A DNA stretch of 64,000 bases from Nageia nagi (GCA_050084985.1 JBITNC010000002.1:26412001-26476000), one strand, 5' to 3'; positions 12,854-25,421 are shown, numbered from the stretch's first letter. The notes: generated from the letters alone by a model not told the origin. Program-made: numbers and translations.

Positions 12854-15059
12854 TTATAATAGATTGTCTTTACATGAGAACATCTTGCTTGGCTCTTGCG
12901 ATATTGCTCTCAGATCCCATGGCATGAAGGGTTGGTTGCTTTGTTTATAGAAAACATGTGCATTATGTTCCTCATGAGTGCTTAAATCACCCTCCAATTT
13001 ATTAATACCAAAATGATCATGAATACTTCTCCCCATGGGTTTGGTTTGGAAGCCAAACTCAAACCTACTTGAACTCTCTTCCAACTTAGACAATTTTTGC
13101 ACCTCGTTGTCAATGATATGACAAGTATCAAAATTAATTCCATAATTGTCAATAGTGACTCCATGGTTGTTCCAAGTCTCAAGTGCCCTTTCTTCAAAGA
13201 TTGTCCCATCTTCATTGCTAGGTTTTTTATCAATATCAGTTCCACGCAATAGTAATTCTGATTTGTCTTCAAAATCAGCCATCTCTATGATGTTTTCTTT
13301 GCCTAATTTCTCATGCAGCAAAACAATTTCTTCTTCAATATTTTCTGATTTGGATTCTTCTTTTTCTAAAGGCTCATTTATCATCATTTTGTCTTCAGGA
13401 ATATCTTCATCCATATTTTACTTCTTTTTGTCATTTTTTTGTCTTTCTTCAAGCCTGCCTTCTGCGGTTTCATCATTATGTGTGCTTGGCTTTCTTCGCA
13501 GAAACCTCGGTAGCCAAATAGGTAAAGAATGAGTAGGTGGGCTTTCTTCTTTCTAGTGAATGGCTGGTTGTACTCGATCAGATCTAAGTTTTCGTTGTTG
13601 ATCTCTTCTTTCATCCTTCTTATTTCCCTTTGCCTTCTTCCCTAAAATCTCCAGATAACTCAAAAAGAAACAACATTTTTGAAGTCTTCAAATTTACCTT
13701 GGTATTCCAAGAATAGGGCATCTAATTTTGTGGATGAAATCTAATCCTCTTGCTTAATTGTTCTCTAGATCAGTCACAACATCTCCAATATTTTAAAAAT
13801 TGGCAATACATTTCAGATCCTTTGAACTTCATGAAAACTTCTCGAAATTGCAAAAAGAAAGTGCCTAGGTCTGGGCACCATGCATGAAAGGCCAAATCTG
13901 GTCTGAAAATGCACCAAAAAAGTTGTCAAAGTTGGGTGACTGGGTCCTTGGCAGGCCTGAACGAAATCTGAACTGAATTTGCTTCTTCAAGGCTGAGCGC
14001 TCCACAATAGGGTTTCAAAACCCTTGATCTGAATGTGAAAGTCTCAAATATGCTTAATGGCTGAATTACTCATCCAACAGGCTGGCACGAAACCAACTCT
14101 CATACCACTATAGTGTCCCAAACTAGGTAAAACCAGAAATATTCAAAGCAATTTCAGATTTATCAATTTGTGCCCTAGTTGTAAATTCCAATTCAAAAAT
14201 AATTTCAATTCCACACCATTCATGCATCAATATTTCAGATCTGAAACAAATACCAAAAATATATGTAAATTTGCCACAGAAAATTCAGATTCAAGTGCCA
14301 AGCAATTCAATTCACCAAAAGGAACAAGTATGAACACCAAATGAGCCAATATGATGCCCTAGAAGGTGGGTGACCACCTTAGGCATTGAAACAACTGAAT
14401 CCAAATGACCAAAAATTATTCCTTGGCTTTCCAAGGCTGGACAACCCTCCTAGAAGGCTGAAAATGAATGCAAAATGCACAAGAGTGCCTCCTGAAGTTG
14501 GACATCCCACTATGGAACTCCTCTATGTGTGTATTCAAATGCTGAAGTGCCAATGTAGAGCGAGAGTGAATCTTGGATGGATCCACCAACGGAAGACTTA
14601 AGAGTCTTCATCTTTAAGCCCTCAAAACCCATAGGGTTTTCATCCTTAAGCCCTCAAAACCCATAGGGTTTTCATCCTCAAGGTCTCTCCTACAGGTTTC
14701 CGTCCACAAGATGGAGGAAATGGAGGAACAATTGATCCAACTTCTCTCTCAAAAAGAAGTGAAAATATTTTCCAAACCATGATCCTAAAGTGGGGTGCTC
14801 CTAGCCTTTATAGTTGGACGTCCCATCATGGGGTGATAGGTTGGCCCATCTAGAAGGCTTCTAATTTCACCTTGGAATTACAAATTACAAATTTGAGATC
14901 TTCCATTACATTATTACATAAAAATACAAATAAAGTTCCATTACTATCTAAAAATATCAATAATTACTCCTAACTACTAATATCACTCCCATTCCATGAG
15001 GTCCAGAAAAATCATTAAAATGCAAAAATAGGTGAGACGCCAAAATTGGGGACATTACA
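12854..15059 (-). mobile_element. Truncated LTR retrotransposon (Gypsy-like): LTR 14109-15059, degenerate PBS, acidic ORF remnants
   Basis: On the minus strand the LTR begins TGTAATGTCCCC. PBS-like CTCTCATACCA at 14097-14107; TATA-like site near 14806; ORF pieces at 12854-13614. No second LTR found. Confidence 0.7.
14606..14683. repeat. ~32-bp tandem repeat (about 2.4 copies) within the LTR
   Basis: TTCATC(C/T)TTAAGCCCTCAAAACCCATAGGGTT repeated. Confidence 0.85.
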
Positions 15060-15180
15060 TGAATATACCAAGTGATTTAGGGTCTGGAGGGGTTGAGGAC
15101 ATTGGTGGGTCTCACCCCCAATCTATTGTGCACAATTTTTTTTAATTTTAGAGTGAGTTTTTTTTTAACATGCTCACCCA

Positions 15181-15390
15181 CAGCCAAGGGAACGGTTTTG
15201 GGAGTTCCCTACAGCATTTCCAAGTTCCCAAGAACGCGGGAACGCATCCTCCAAAGGGGGAACATGTTCGAGTACAACCCTAGTATTTTATAATAGTAGA
15301 GAAAACATCATATATATATATATATAGGGGAACGTGTTCCAGCATAACCCTGGTATTTTATAATAGTTGTGATAACAATATATATATATT
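15181..15390. mobile_element. hAT-like DNA transposon terminus remnant
   Basis: Clustered GGGAAC/GTTCCC subterminal motifs and a ~55-bp duplicated unit with (TA)n. Confidence 0.4.
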
Positions 15391-15844
15391 GAAGAATTAT
15401 TAAAAGAAATTCAAAAATGGAGGAAACATTTTGATTATTGGCATGGCATTATACTTGGCATTTGTAATAGGCATTAATGTTTTCTATAGCATTTGAATGT
15501 TTATGTCCAAGGTTTAGTGGACTCAGAATTGAACAATAGCGTTTGAATGTTTATGGAGTGCGCATCGGGGTTTAGTGGCCTCAGAGTTTTTAATGTCCCA
15601 AAATATTTTAATTTATGTTTTGTTGTGTTTCTGGGCATCTAAGGGGTGGGTTAGTGTGTTTTGAGAAGTTTTATTGTCAGTATAAGTGTTTAGGGAGTTG
15701 GTTATGTATTTAGAATAGTTTTGGAACAAGAAAAAATATATTAATTAATGTCATTGACCTGATACACGTTTTTAGTTTGATTGTTGAGATGATAAGGCAA
15801 TATTAAATGTCTACTATTTGTAACTGCATTTTGGCAAAAGTACA

Positions 15845-16593
15845 TGTTATGAGGTCAAAGTCCAAGGTATTATTTAATGCTTTTGTAACTGCCATAGGAG
15901 AGGATTTGTAACTGTTATGAGGTAGAGAGGTTTAAATTAAGACTTCCAAGGCTATATAAGAGGAAGAGCTGGTCATTTGTTGAGGGCTGATTTTGGTAGA
16001 GAATTTGGATAGCCTGCATGCTCTTGGGCCTTAGTATTTTGCTAAGGATTTTTTAGAGGGGTTCCCATTAGATCTGATCTAATGGAGGTTGGAGGAGAGA
16101 TCTGAAGACTATTTACCCATTTCTGTATTTGTGCTTGCATGTTTGAAGATTCAATGTTTTGGACACCCATTTGCACTCAGAAATAAAGGGACTGTGAGTC
16201 AGGGCTTGGACGAATTGTTAGAGGAGAGCAGAATACAGAATATGAAGCTCATTCGAAAACATGCACAAAGAAAATGTAGGTTAAGAGTTTAAGAATGTAA
16301 GTTTTGAAGCCATTCGAGGGCATTGCAGTTTGCAGAAATGTGAAGGAGAGTTCAGAAGAAAAGCTTGAATGTTGCCAAGTTCATATGGTGCTCCTCTTAA
16401 CCTGCATTCATGCAGATATCTTTGTTTAAGCATCAAATATAATAATTGTACTCCATTTTCATCGCTGGTACGAGTTCAATGGTCTTCATGGACTTTCACT
16501 TCTTGTCTGTAAGACTTCCTTGCATATACTCTGTGCTACGTTTGTAGTCTTGGTTGTTCAATTTGTGCCTGAGTGGGGTTGAACCATGGTAGC
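15845..16593 (+). mobile_element. Probable decayed solo LTR
   Basis: TGTTATGAGG...GGTAGCA with CTATATAAG near 15952 and R/U5-like composition. No TSD. Confidence 0.35.
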
Positions 16594-17439
16594 ATAAGCT
16601 TGTTTTAGTTTGAGTTTTTATTGGCCTGGTTTTTATTTGTTTAGCTCTGAATGTTTGAATCCTTTAACATGCCCAGACGTTGTTGTTATGGGTTTTGATA
16701 GCACACTGCAGCCATGGGGTTTTTAATTTGAATACCCTTTGTTTGGGAACTTTTATCATGTAACCTTGCTGGCAATACAAATAATTTACACGGTGCCAAT
16801 GAATGCTAACCAAATGATGAGTATGTAGGATAGTCTGTTATTATGGGCTTGCATGACGCCAGTAGATTTGTGACGATTGTATATAATCAAAATCAAAAGC
16901 ATGTTTGACCCGTTTGCTTGCTAAAACTCTGATAATCTGTCTTTTGTTGCGAATATAACCACATTTTTGTGTCGTTTTTGCTGTTAGCAAAATAAAATGA
17001 GTTATCATTTCATTGTTTGGTTAGGGTAGAACCAAGCGTGGAAAAATAAATGGCTAGTTCATATTTATTAGGTTATGAGCTTAATCTGCAGAAGTTAGAA
17101 ATTTAACTGTAGATGCATACTGGAATAAAGCTTGAGAAATAGGAATGATTACAGAAGCTAATTTGTTGTTACTACACGATGCAAATGAATAAGCTCTTAG
17201 TATATTCGTATATAGCTTTATGTTGTTGCATGGTGAGTTTGATCATGGGTAGACAAAAATTGATTTAATTTGCTTGAGGAATGATGAATTTAGCTTTCTG
17301 CATGGTTAACTAATGCATAGGCTTTGAACATTTTAAATGAGCTGTGAGGAGCTCAAGACGTTGGCATATAATTTGTATATATAGTTCGTGAGATTGAGCT
17401 TGCACATGTAGCTAGTTTTGCTAAATATTTTGGGAACTT

Positions 17440-17605
17440 AAAAGAAAGTGTTATATTTATGTTTTGAGAATTGAAGGATGAGTTCAATGCAGAAGAAGAT
17501 GTTAAGTTTATATTATGAACATTGAAGGGTGAGTTCAATGCAGAAGAAAGTGTTATGTTTATGTTTGACTATTGAAGGTTGAGTTCAATGCAAAATAAGT
17601 GTTGT
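17440..17605. repeat. ~50-bp tandem repeat x3, inside a probable Copia LTR remnant (about 16.9-17.9 kb)
   Basis: TTGAAGG(A/G/T)TGAGTTCAATGCA at about 17471, 17522 and 17572. Confidence 0.8.
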
Positions 17606-18419
17606 AATATATATAGCAATTAATTGAATTTGTAAAATAGAAGCATGTGTAATAGCACGTAATACAGCAATAAATATTGTAATGTATTTAGTTTACAATG
17701 CATTGCAAAAGTAGCTATGCATGTAGGCATGCAATATTTGATATAATTTGATTGTTCATTAATAAAAATGCTTGCATGGTTTGACCGGTGGGTTTTTCTC
17801 CCCAAGGAGCTTTCCCACGTTAATAAAATCAGCGTTTCAAATCTTGATGTATGCTGATTATTCTACTGCAGCTATCTTTATATTGCAATATTTTTACAAC
17901 AGTAATTATAAAATGTCATAGTTTGATTATGCTTTTCTATTATGGCTGAAATATTAAATAATGTAATGGGCTGATTTAATATCCAAATCAGAAAGAATAA
18001 AAACAAATAGTGTGATTAGCAAGATAAAGTGATTAGAACAAAGATGTACATGGTATATATAATGAACAAAGCTATGTTATTAATCTTGATGAGATTGGAG
18101 GTCACCTCTCATTAATACCCTTAGGCTTGCTTGAGCATAGCCATGTGGCCAAAACTCCTTTAAGGAAAACGATTAAAGCTAATGGACAGATTAGATGCAA
18201 GCATAGTAGTCAAACGCATCGCACAATACTAGCATGAGTCACCCCTTGAAGCATGACTCCTCTCGAAGTATTGTGCGGCACTGGCCTTGACTACATGAAC
18301 CGCCCCACGAGGACATGGTCATGATAGCCAACCCAAACTATGCCTTATCCATTAATTCCATAGTTGCACACTACTTGATGTATAATACCCTCAAGGCATT
18401 ACCCGGCCCATTGGACCCA

Positions 18420-19100
18420 AGTGGACTTCGGTGAGTTCAGAACACTCAGATTCGCCAAACTCAGCAAGTCTGATCACTCTGGCGAGTCCCGACGCTTGGA
18501 CTCGCCAAATTCAGTAAAAAAAAACTTGGAAAAGTGACTTAAAAACTTAAACGTCCCCCCTTATTTATCATTTTTCACTTTGCAGATGCTAGGAGAAAGG
18601 TGAAAGAGAGGGCAAGAGGTATTTCAAGCTTAAGAACACAATTTCTATCCATTAAAACAAATTTTCTTTGAGCTGGGAAGAATTTGACACCCACCAAGTG
18701 ATACCCAACACACAAACAAGCTTGCTTTGAACATTATTTTGAGGGTTTTGTTTTTTCTATTCATTTGATAAAAATAAGCAGTAGGGTTTTCTAAATTTGT
18801 GATTGTTTGATAAAAGATTAAAAATGGCAATAGGGTAACTCAAGTTTATATTTTTTCTTAAGTTTAAATTTAAGAAAAAAACAATTAGGGTCTATTGTTT
18901 TTGTTTTTAGTTTGTGATTGTAATTTACAATCACAAATTTAAAAAAAAAAAAAACAGCTACGATTTATTTTTAATTTTTTAAGTTTGTGCTCAGTGCTTG
19001 TGTTTAAAATTTTAAATTCAAATATAATTTTTGTATATGATTATTTTTCATTTTTTATTTGTAATTATGTATATTGTAAATTTTATAATTGTCTAACAAC
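18420..19100 (+). mobile_element. hAT-like remnant with GACTCGCC/GGCGAGTC subterminal motifs
   Basis: Motif cluster at 18424-18510; a related cluster lies at 55527-55785. Confidence 0.35.
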
Positions 19101-19260
19101 TATGGATATAAGTAATGAAAATAGGGGTGAGTTTTCATATTAATTTACCCAAAGTGCATCTATAAGAAGATAAAACATTAGTATAAAAGAACCATGAATA
19201 CTATCACATAATCATTTGATAATTGGAGCAAGTCTATTTGGATATTAGACTTAGGGATTG

Positions 19261-20552
19261 TGTAAGATCCCAAACACAAACTCAAGTGCAATTAAGCAAA
19301 AACAACCAAGTATGCACCCACGTCTGGGCTAGAGCCTCAAATACAAGCACAAACAACCTCACAATGCCAACGTCAAGCCTAGGGCATCCAATTTAAGCAT
19401 AAGCAATAAATAATGCCAACGTATGGCTCATACAAGCATACATGAACAATCACACCTCAACATTGTAATAATGGAGAATACACAAGACAATATTGAGATC
19501 CAAGTGCCCAACACCTATATTAATGATATGGAATGATGAATGATACAGTACCAAGCCCACAGGGCTCAACGTTGGCCTCCCAAGAGCCAACTAGGGCACA
19601 ATGCCTACACAAATGTGATCAATGCTAGAACTCAAGAACAATGGATGGGGCAGCCTCATTCCCCTAGATGCTCTACTAAAGAACTCCCACACCTAGAAAC
19701 CATCGTAGGTAGGAATGTGACCTCGGAATACCATCGGATAGACTAAGATGCTACACCTTAGCTGTAGATCAACAGGATCCCTCAGACTACTAATCCTCCT
19801 AGATGATGCAACTAGGGATATTGCTTGACCCTACGCCAAGACTTGTGTCCACTGGACGGTATGAATAATAATAATAATCAAGTATATCCAGCAATGATGC
19901 TCCAAGGCCTAATATAGCTCACACTGAATTTGGATCTCATCTCAAAGTCATCGCCCAACCTTCCTGGTCCAATGTTGGCTTCCTAGAAACCCCACAAACC
20001 CCAACGAAGGTGCCTAGGGGTCATTCCAAACCCAACGTTGGTATCTGGGGCCTCCCCATGCTCAACGTGGGTCTAGAGCGCATGCATGGGTCTAGAAGGC
20101 ATGCATGGGTGTCATGGGCCAATGTGGGAGTCTAGGAGTCTCCCCAAGGTTGGCGCATGTGTACAAGTGCTCCCAAATCCAACATTGGGGCAAATAGGTG
20201 TTTATCCATACTCTAATGCTATCTAGGTGCTAAACAAACCTTGGGATTCTCACAATCACTTCTTGGGACCTTTATATTTTCTATCCCAAGTACTAACTAA
20301 ATAAATATTTACAAAGAGGAATCTATGGGATTCCATAATTAATTACAATGAGCAAAGGGGGATTCCATAATTATAATGCCCCTTAAAGGAACAATTGAGG
20401 AAAACCTTATATTAAGGTGATGAGAAAGTAAATCACAAAGTTTTCAAGATAAAACTCATTAATGAATTGAAACCACCCTAGATACATAACTAAATATTAT
20501 TTTAGGTAAAAATATGTGTGGTTTCCATAGAGGATTTAGAGAGGTCATTACA
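19261..20552 (-). mobile_element. Solo LTR related to the chromovirus LTRs at 56206 and 62022
   Basis: TG...CA termini. The reverse complement shares blocks with 56206-57390 (e.g. TCTAGGAGGATTA, GGGATCCTGTT, GGATCTTACA end). TSD degenerate (GATTG/CGTTG). Confidence 0.85.
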
Positions 20553-20842
20553 CGTTGGAGATTAAGCCAAATACACAGGAAAAATAAACTCGAACAAGAG
20601 GATCAGTTGGTCAATGAGATAAAGCCTATGCCTATCATCTAGAGGTCCTTAGTTCAACACTCAGCTAGTCCATGGCATCTCACATGGTATCTGAGTCATC
20701 AATGGTATATTTAGAAGCCAATGTCTAGCATGAGGGGACTGTTGGACTCAAAAAAATTAGTGACTAGCTCTATGGTTGAACACTTATGGTGGCAATCATG
20801 GTGTCCTAAGTTCTAATGCTAGCTGGTCCATCAGTTCTAATA
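20553..20842 (+). mobile_element. TRIM-like miniature LTR element with tRNA-like LTRs
   Basis: LTR1 20553-20684 (ends TCACA); PBS TGGTATCTGAG at 20685; ~55-nt interior; PPT TGAGGGGAC at 20731-20739; LTR2 20740-20842 (starts TGTTGG). The LTRs share GTCCT.AGTTC..A...AGCT.GTCCAT. Confidence 0.6.
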
Positions 20843-22375
20843 TTGATTGCACATGGATAGAGTGATGTTGGAAAATTCAAAATTTTGGATCACTTCTCTA
20901 ATAAACATATTCTTTTAAATCTGCTACTACAGTCCTCTTACAATGTGATTTACGCTTGTGGTAGCCACACTATTACCCTTTTACCTTTGGTTGGCATTTA
21001 TGAAACTTGTTGGATTTCTCACTTCTGCCTTCATTGTTGAATTTTTGTTCATGTTTAATCACATATTTATACGTATATCCCAACTCCTCAATTTCTGAGG
21101 TTCAGTTCATCTTGGATATACAGCGTTGCAGTACTTGAGAATTTGATGCTTCTCAGATTATTGGAAACCCAACTTGGTTGCCATAGAGGGGAAAGTGGCA
21201 ATGTTAGGTTAAACAGATCTTGAAGATCATATATACATTCTTTGATATACAGTATTTTTAAGGAAATGAAGTCATTCATTGATAATGAACTGATTTATAC
21301 CCCAACAGTTACAAAGTGGTTAAAAAATGGCTTGCCGCTTAACTACTTCTTCATGTGATAACTTGAGCTCATAGAGACGTGTTTCAGGTAGTTTTTGTAC
21401 TTCTGCAAAGAAATCAAATATTTGAAAAGCTTCATTAATTTGTGATTTTCTACTTCTTAACATATCCATTAATTTTTTAATAGAGTTCATCAAAGTTGCA
21501 TTCACAAAGCTATGCCTCCCTAAAGTTGCTACCCAAAACTATATATACATGGTTAAGCTTAGGTTGGCTTGAAGCCTGTCGGATAAATTCAAAAAACACA
21601 TTATGAGCATTTTATGCAGCTAAATTCACTATAGAATTAAAATGCAGCTACTTCACCAACAGATCCTTTTACTCTCCAACAGATCTCACCCTATTAAATG
21701 TGCTTTTCCCCGTAAGCTCTATATGTGAAAATCACCATTTTTGGATATGACACGAGGTATTCTTGACTACCATTGAATTTAAGTTATAGAATGACACAAA
21801 TTCAAAAGGAAATAAAGAAAGAAAAAAAGGCAGGAATGATAAGAAGATAGTTGCATATAATACGATGAGATAAAATTCTCTTTGCACACAGACCAGTCAT
21901 CTCTGGAAATATTATACACCTTGTCATAATACATGCAAAATTCCACAAAGCGCAGTTAGATTTCTGTCCTCTAACTTTGTGGACTAACTACAGCCGCACA
22001 GTAGCTTTGTATTGGATAATCCACTTCTGCTTTCTCTTTAGATGCGATTCTCCAAATCCCTATCTATTATCCCAACTAAATTGTATTGATGTTAATCATC
22101 TTGAGCTACATTAGGAACCATCTTGTCCTCTATCTTTGGGAACTAATCATAAGCTACAATAACCCTTCATTGAATTGTTCAATTCCTTTTCCAAAGACAT
22201 AAAACAGTTGAATACAAAGTGGAATCCGAAGTAATAAGAATTGAGATGGCAAGATATGATGAATAAAAAAACTGAACCCGTCAGGAGAATCTACCATAAC
22301 TGAACAATTCAAGATTCAAATATAACGTTGAAGGAATACAATTTATTAAAATTAAAACCACGATAAGTAATTTAC

Positions 22376-22429
22376 CATGCTGGATGCAGCACCACCTCCC
22401 ATTCCAATGCGATATGCAGGACCACCAAC
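22376..22429 (-). CDS. PUR4: FGAM synthase (PurL) exon J
   Basis: GATAG| VGGPAYRIGMGGGAASSM |GTAAAT; glycine-rich PurL motif. The next expected exon (VSGQNDAELDFNAVQRG) was not found in 1-22375. Confidence 0.96.
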
Positions 22430-22568
22430 CTATCCACATTGAAGATTATATCCCACTAAATAAGTACATGGCGTATGAATGTTATCCACAAGAATAATGT
22501 ACTGAATCCAATAAAGATCTTTTTAATTTCAAGAAGATATTCATCTTTGATGTGTAAGGAAATTAAAC

Positions 22569-22625
22569 CTTGACAACCAGCATGCCCACATCAGGTTCCT
22601 CTTTTATAATATGGCGATGGTCAAT
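22569..22625 (-). CDS. PUR4: FGAM synthase (PurL) exon I
   Basis: TGTAG| IDHRHIIKEEPDVGMLVVK |GTTTAA; 57 nt. Confidence 0.95.
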
Positions 22626-22721
22626 CTACAAATGTACCGATTAAAAATTTCACCATCATAACATATGGCAAAGTATGAATAGAACTTCTTCAACAAGAAA
22701 AGTGAGGGAAACAATAAAAAC

Positions 22722-22810
22722 CTGGCCAATTCCTCCACTAAACATTATGGGTTTTAGCCACTCTCTTCGCTCACCACTTGGTAGTCTCATCCAAATGTCC
22801 GCGTGTAACC
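22722..22810 (-). CDS. PUR4: FGAM synthase (PurL) exon H, with apparent 1-nt deletion (frameshift)
   Basis: CATAG| GYTRTF(G)/MRLPSGERREWLKPIMFSGGIGQ |GTTTTT. Length is 89 nt instead of 90; TTTGG^ATGAGA reads GGA TGA in frame. Confidence 0.93.
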
Positions 22811-22931
22811 CTATGATATTTAACATACAACTAGATGAGTTGTTTGCGATGCAATGGTTACTAAGATACCAGGGTATGTACATAATTAAACATGTATCAT
22901 AACCATATATATCAAGCTGAATAGATAAAAC

Positions 22932-22997
22932 CTGAATCAAGGGTTCTCCAAACTTGTTCCCATAGTCCGATGCACCATTGCTTGCCTCAATAAGAAT
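22932..22997 (-). CDS. PUR4: FGAM synthase (PurL) exon G
   Basis: TTATAG| ILIEASNGASDYGNKFGEPLIQ |GTTTTA. Follows a 9,681-nt intron. Confidence 0.96.
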
Positions 22998-24439
22998 CTA
23001 TAAAAAGCATAAAGAGCATTTATTAATCTGATAGAATAAACAGGTTAGCATAAGAATAATACTAAATATGGAGATCAAATAAATCTTGCGTAAACAGTAA
23101 ATAGGTTCCAGCATAAAGGAACTAAGAAATAAACTGCATTCACATTGTCCTTAATAATTCAAAAATTAAATGTTTATGAAATGTGGTGATGAAGACTAAG
23201 CACACAAATGACAAGCCCATATTCAGCTATCCCGCACAACATATCTTAAGCTATGAGATATGTATGGAGCACAAATTTTAATGGAGGGTAATTTTCATTT
23301 GAAAAATACAAAGCAGTAGAGCACACACCATAATATCCAAGATATATCTCAAAAGCACCAATATGCCAAAACCTAGAAAGAGACTCAACTATTCAACATG
23401 AGGTATTTACCTCCTCTATTCTTTAGTTTGCCGTGTCGCATGCTCCAACTCAGAGTCAATCTATCACAACACCTCAATAGCCACAACCCAATACCTTTAT
23501 TCTACCTCTCAAAACTTCAAAGGAATCATTGCAGTCTTAAATGGGTTGGAGAAAGAAACCATAATAACAAACAATCCATATTAAGTCATAGTACCCACAT
23601 CTTGAGTAGGAATTTTCTTCTTCTAAATGGTAGGCTCCCCTTTCCCTCGGTTATGGACATTCCACTAGATGTTGATGCCAGACCTCATCTGAGGTTTATT
23701 TCATTGCATAACCTCTCTCTATTGTTTTCTATTTTCTTGAATGCAAACTAAGACGTTGAAATTGCCATGCTGATGAAGAAGGAAGAATCTTGCACGTGTC
23801 TCACTTCAGAACTGTAACTGAAATTGTTACTGTCATGTACAGTATTTTTTGGTGGCCAATGATTCATATAATCTCTGTTTTGACAGTTAGACAACAGTTA
23901 GGTTGTACATGTAGCTGAAGGGAAGACCAAGAATCATTCCCAGTCCTTACAATAGAGTAACATTAGCTAGTAGCAGTGTGTTCACGTGAGTTTTTAAGCA
24001 GAAGGCAGCCATTGATGCTCTTTTGCTGTGCTAAAACGTTGATTCATGTTTTTAAGTTCATTTTTAGATTTGTTGTTCCTTGAAATTGAACAAGTGCAAA
24101 CAGCATAAGCAGCTTGTTCAAAGGAATGAAATCCCAGATTGCCCACATTCTGTTGCAGCTCACCAACCTTGCATGGTGGGAAAGTTTTAAGATGTATACC
24201 CTTCAAGAAATGCCGAACAAGGGTCACTCTGTCTAGCCACTCTCCCATGATGATAGGTATCAGCTCTTTTGGGGTAATTGATGATGATAATACTTCGACT
24301 GTTATGTAGCTTGATGTTGATTGAACCCTGGTCCACAACTTTGACTTCAGCACACTTCTCTAGCTCTTGTTATAGCTTAGCTTTGTTTAGTTGTCCCATT
24401 GCTTTATTAAGATTTTATGCTCCCCCTTCAAACTACTAG

Positions 24440-24524
24440 TGCTTTGTATACAGTCATTTTTTATCAAGTCAAATTGACGTACTTCAGTCACATGGACATT
24501 AATAAAAATTCTCATTTTACACTA
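24440..24524 (+). mobile_element. 85-bp extremely 5'-truncated LINE 3' end with a 16-bp TSD
   Basis: CCCTTCAAACTACTAG at 24424-24439 and 24525-24540 flanks TTGACGTACTTCAGTCACATGGACATTAAT. Confidence 0.8.
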
Positions 24525-24559
24525 CCCTTCAAACTACTAGAGAAAACTCATTTACAACA

Positions 24560-24964
24560 TGTTTTGGTCAAAAAGCCTGCTCCTTGTCTGCACCAGGAGA
24601 GGTCTTCAGGTTGCACAGGCTCCTATGAGGATTCATCGGATCTCAGCCTTCTTCCCCCAAGTAGCAGCAACACAGAAACAACACACAGTGACCAGCGAGC
24701 CCCCACGATTGAGCAGATTCGAGTACCCGCATAGCTCCCAAACATAGGGTCTCAGGCGGCCCCCCTTGACCGTGTTATGCTTTGTTTCCCCCCTTTTAGG
24801 GTTCTGATACGCTATTTGTATCGCTTTACTTAGATGTTATTTTTATTGTATTTTAGCATTAGAGTAGACCTTTTAAGAGCCTTGCTGATTACTTTTACAT
24901 TATTGTAAACTCTAGTCCCATTGATTGCTTTTGGTCACTCATTGACATTTATATTCTTTCTTCC
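24560..24964 (+). mobile_element. 5'-truncated LINE (3' UTR and tail); 5' boundary approximate
   Basis: Ends in CCCATTGATTGCTTTTGGTCACTCATTGACATTTATATTCTTTC, the shared LINE 3' signature. Confidence 0.6.
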
Positions 24965-25421
24965 TTAATTCTTCTATCTCCATCAGCTGCTGCAAATTCT
25001 TCTCTAACAACTCTTGGATGATGGTCTTTACCTTTGGTAACTACTATTCCTAGGTTCCTGTCCATATCCTTAACCCTGTGACAAGGGACTTAAAGGGTGG
25101 TAATATGACACCCTCAACACTGAGACAATTTCTTCTAATACCATTTGGTCTGTAAACTCTAGTCCCATTGACTGCTTTTGGTCACCTATGGACACTAATA
25201 TTATTTCTTTCTTTCTTCCTTAATTCTTCGATCTCCTTCAGCTGCTGAAAATTCTTCTCTAACAGCTCTTGGATGCTGGTCTTCACCTTTGGTAACTATT
25301 AGTCTACTATTCCTAGGTTCCTTTCCATGTCCTTAACCCTGTGACAAAGGACTTAAAGGGTGGTAATATGACACCCTCAAGACCAAGACAATTTCTTCTA
25401 ATACCATATGGTCTGTAAACT
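24904..25421. repeat. ~250-bp tandem duplication (LINE 3' end plus flank)
   Basis: Units start with TGTAAACT at 24904 and 25151; a third TGTAAACT lies at 25414. Confidence 0.9.

Noticed and set aside
18114-18420. Segment bounded by TAATACCCT repeats, possibly a Cassandra/TRIM
   Set aside because: No 5S boxes, PBS or PPT could be identified.
20758-20830. Functional tRNA gene
   Set aside because: The acceptor stem does not pair and the T-loop is mutated; treated as a tRNA-derived part of a TRIM LTR.
21088-21505. Short minus-strand ORFs downstream of PurL exon J
   Set aside because: No PurL or other recognisable motif and no convincing splice structure.
1-22375. Search for the next PurL exon (VSGQNDAELDFNAVQRG)
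   Set aside because: Not found by eye. It probably lies outside the window, so no truncation is claimed.
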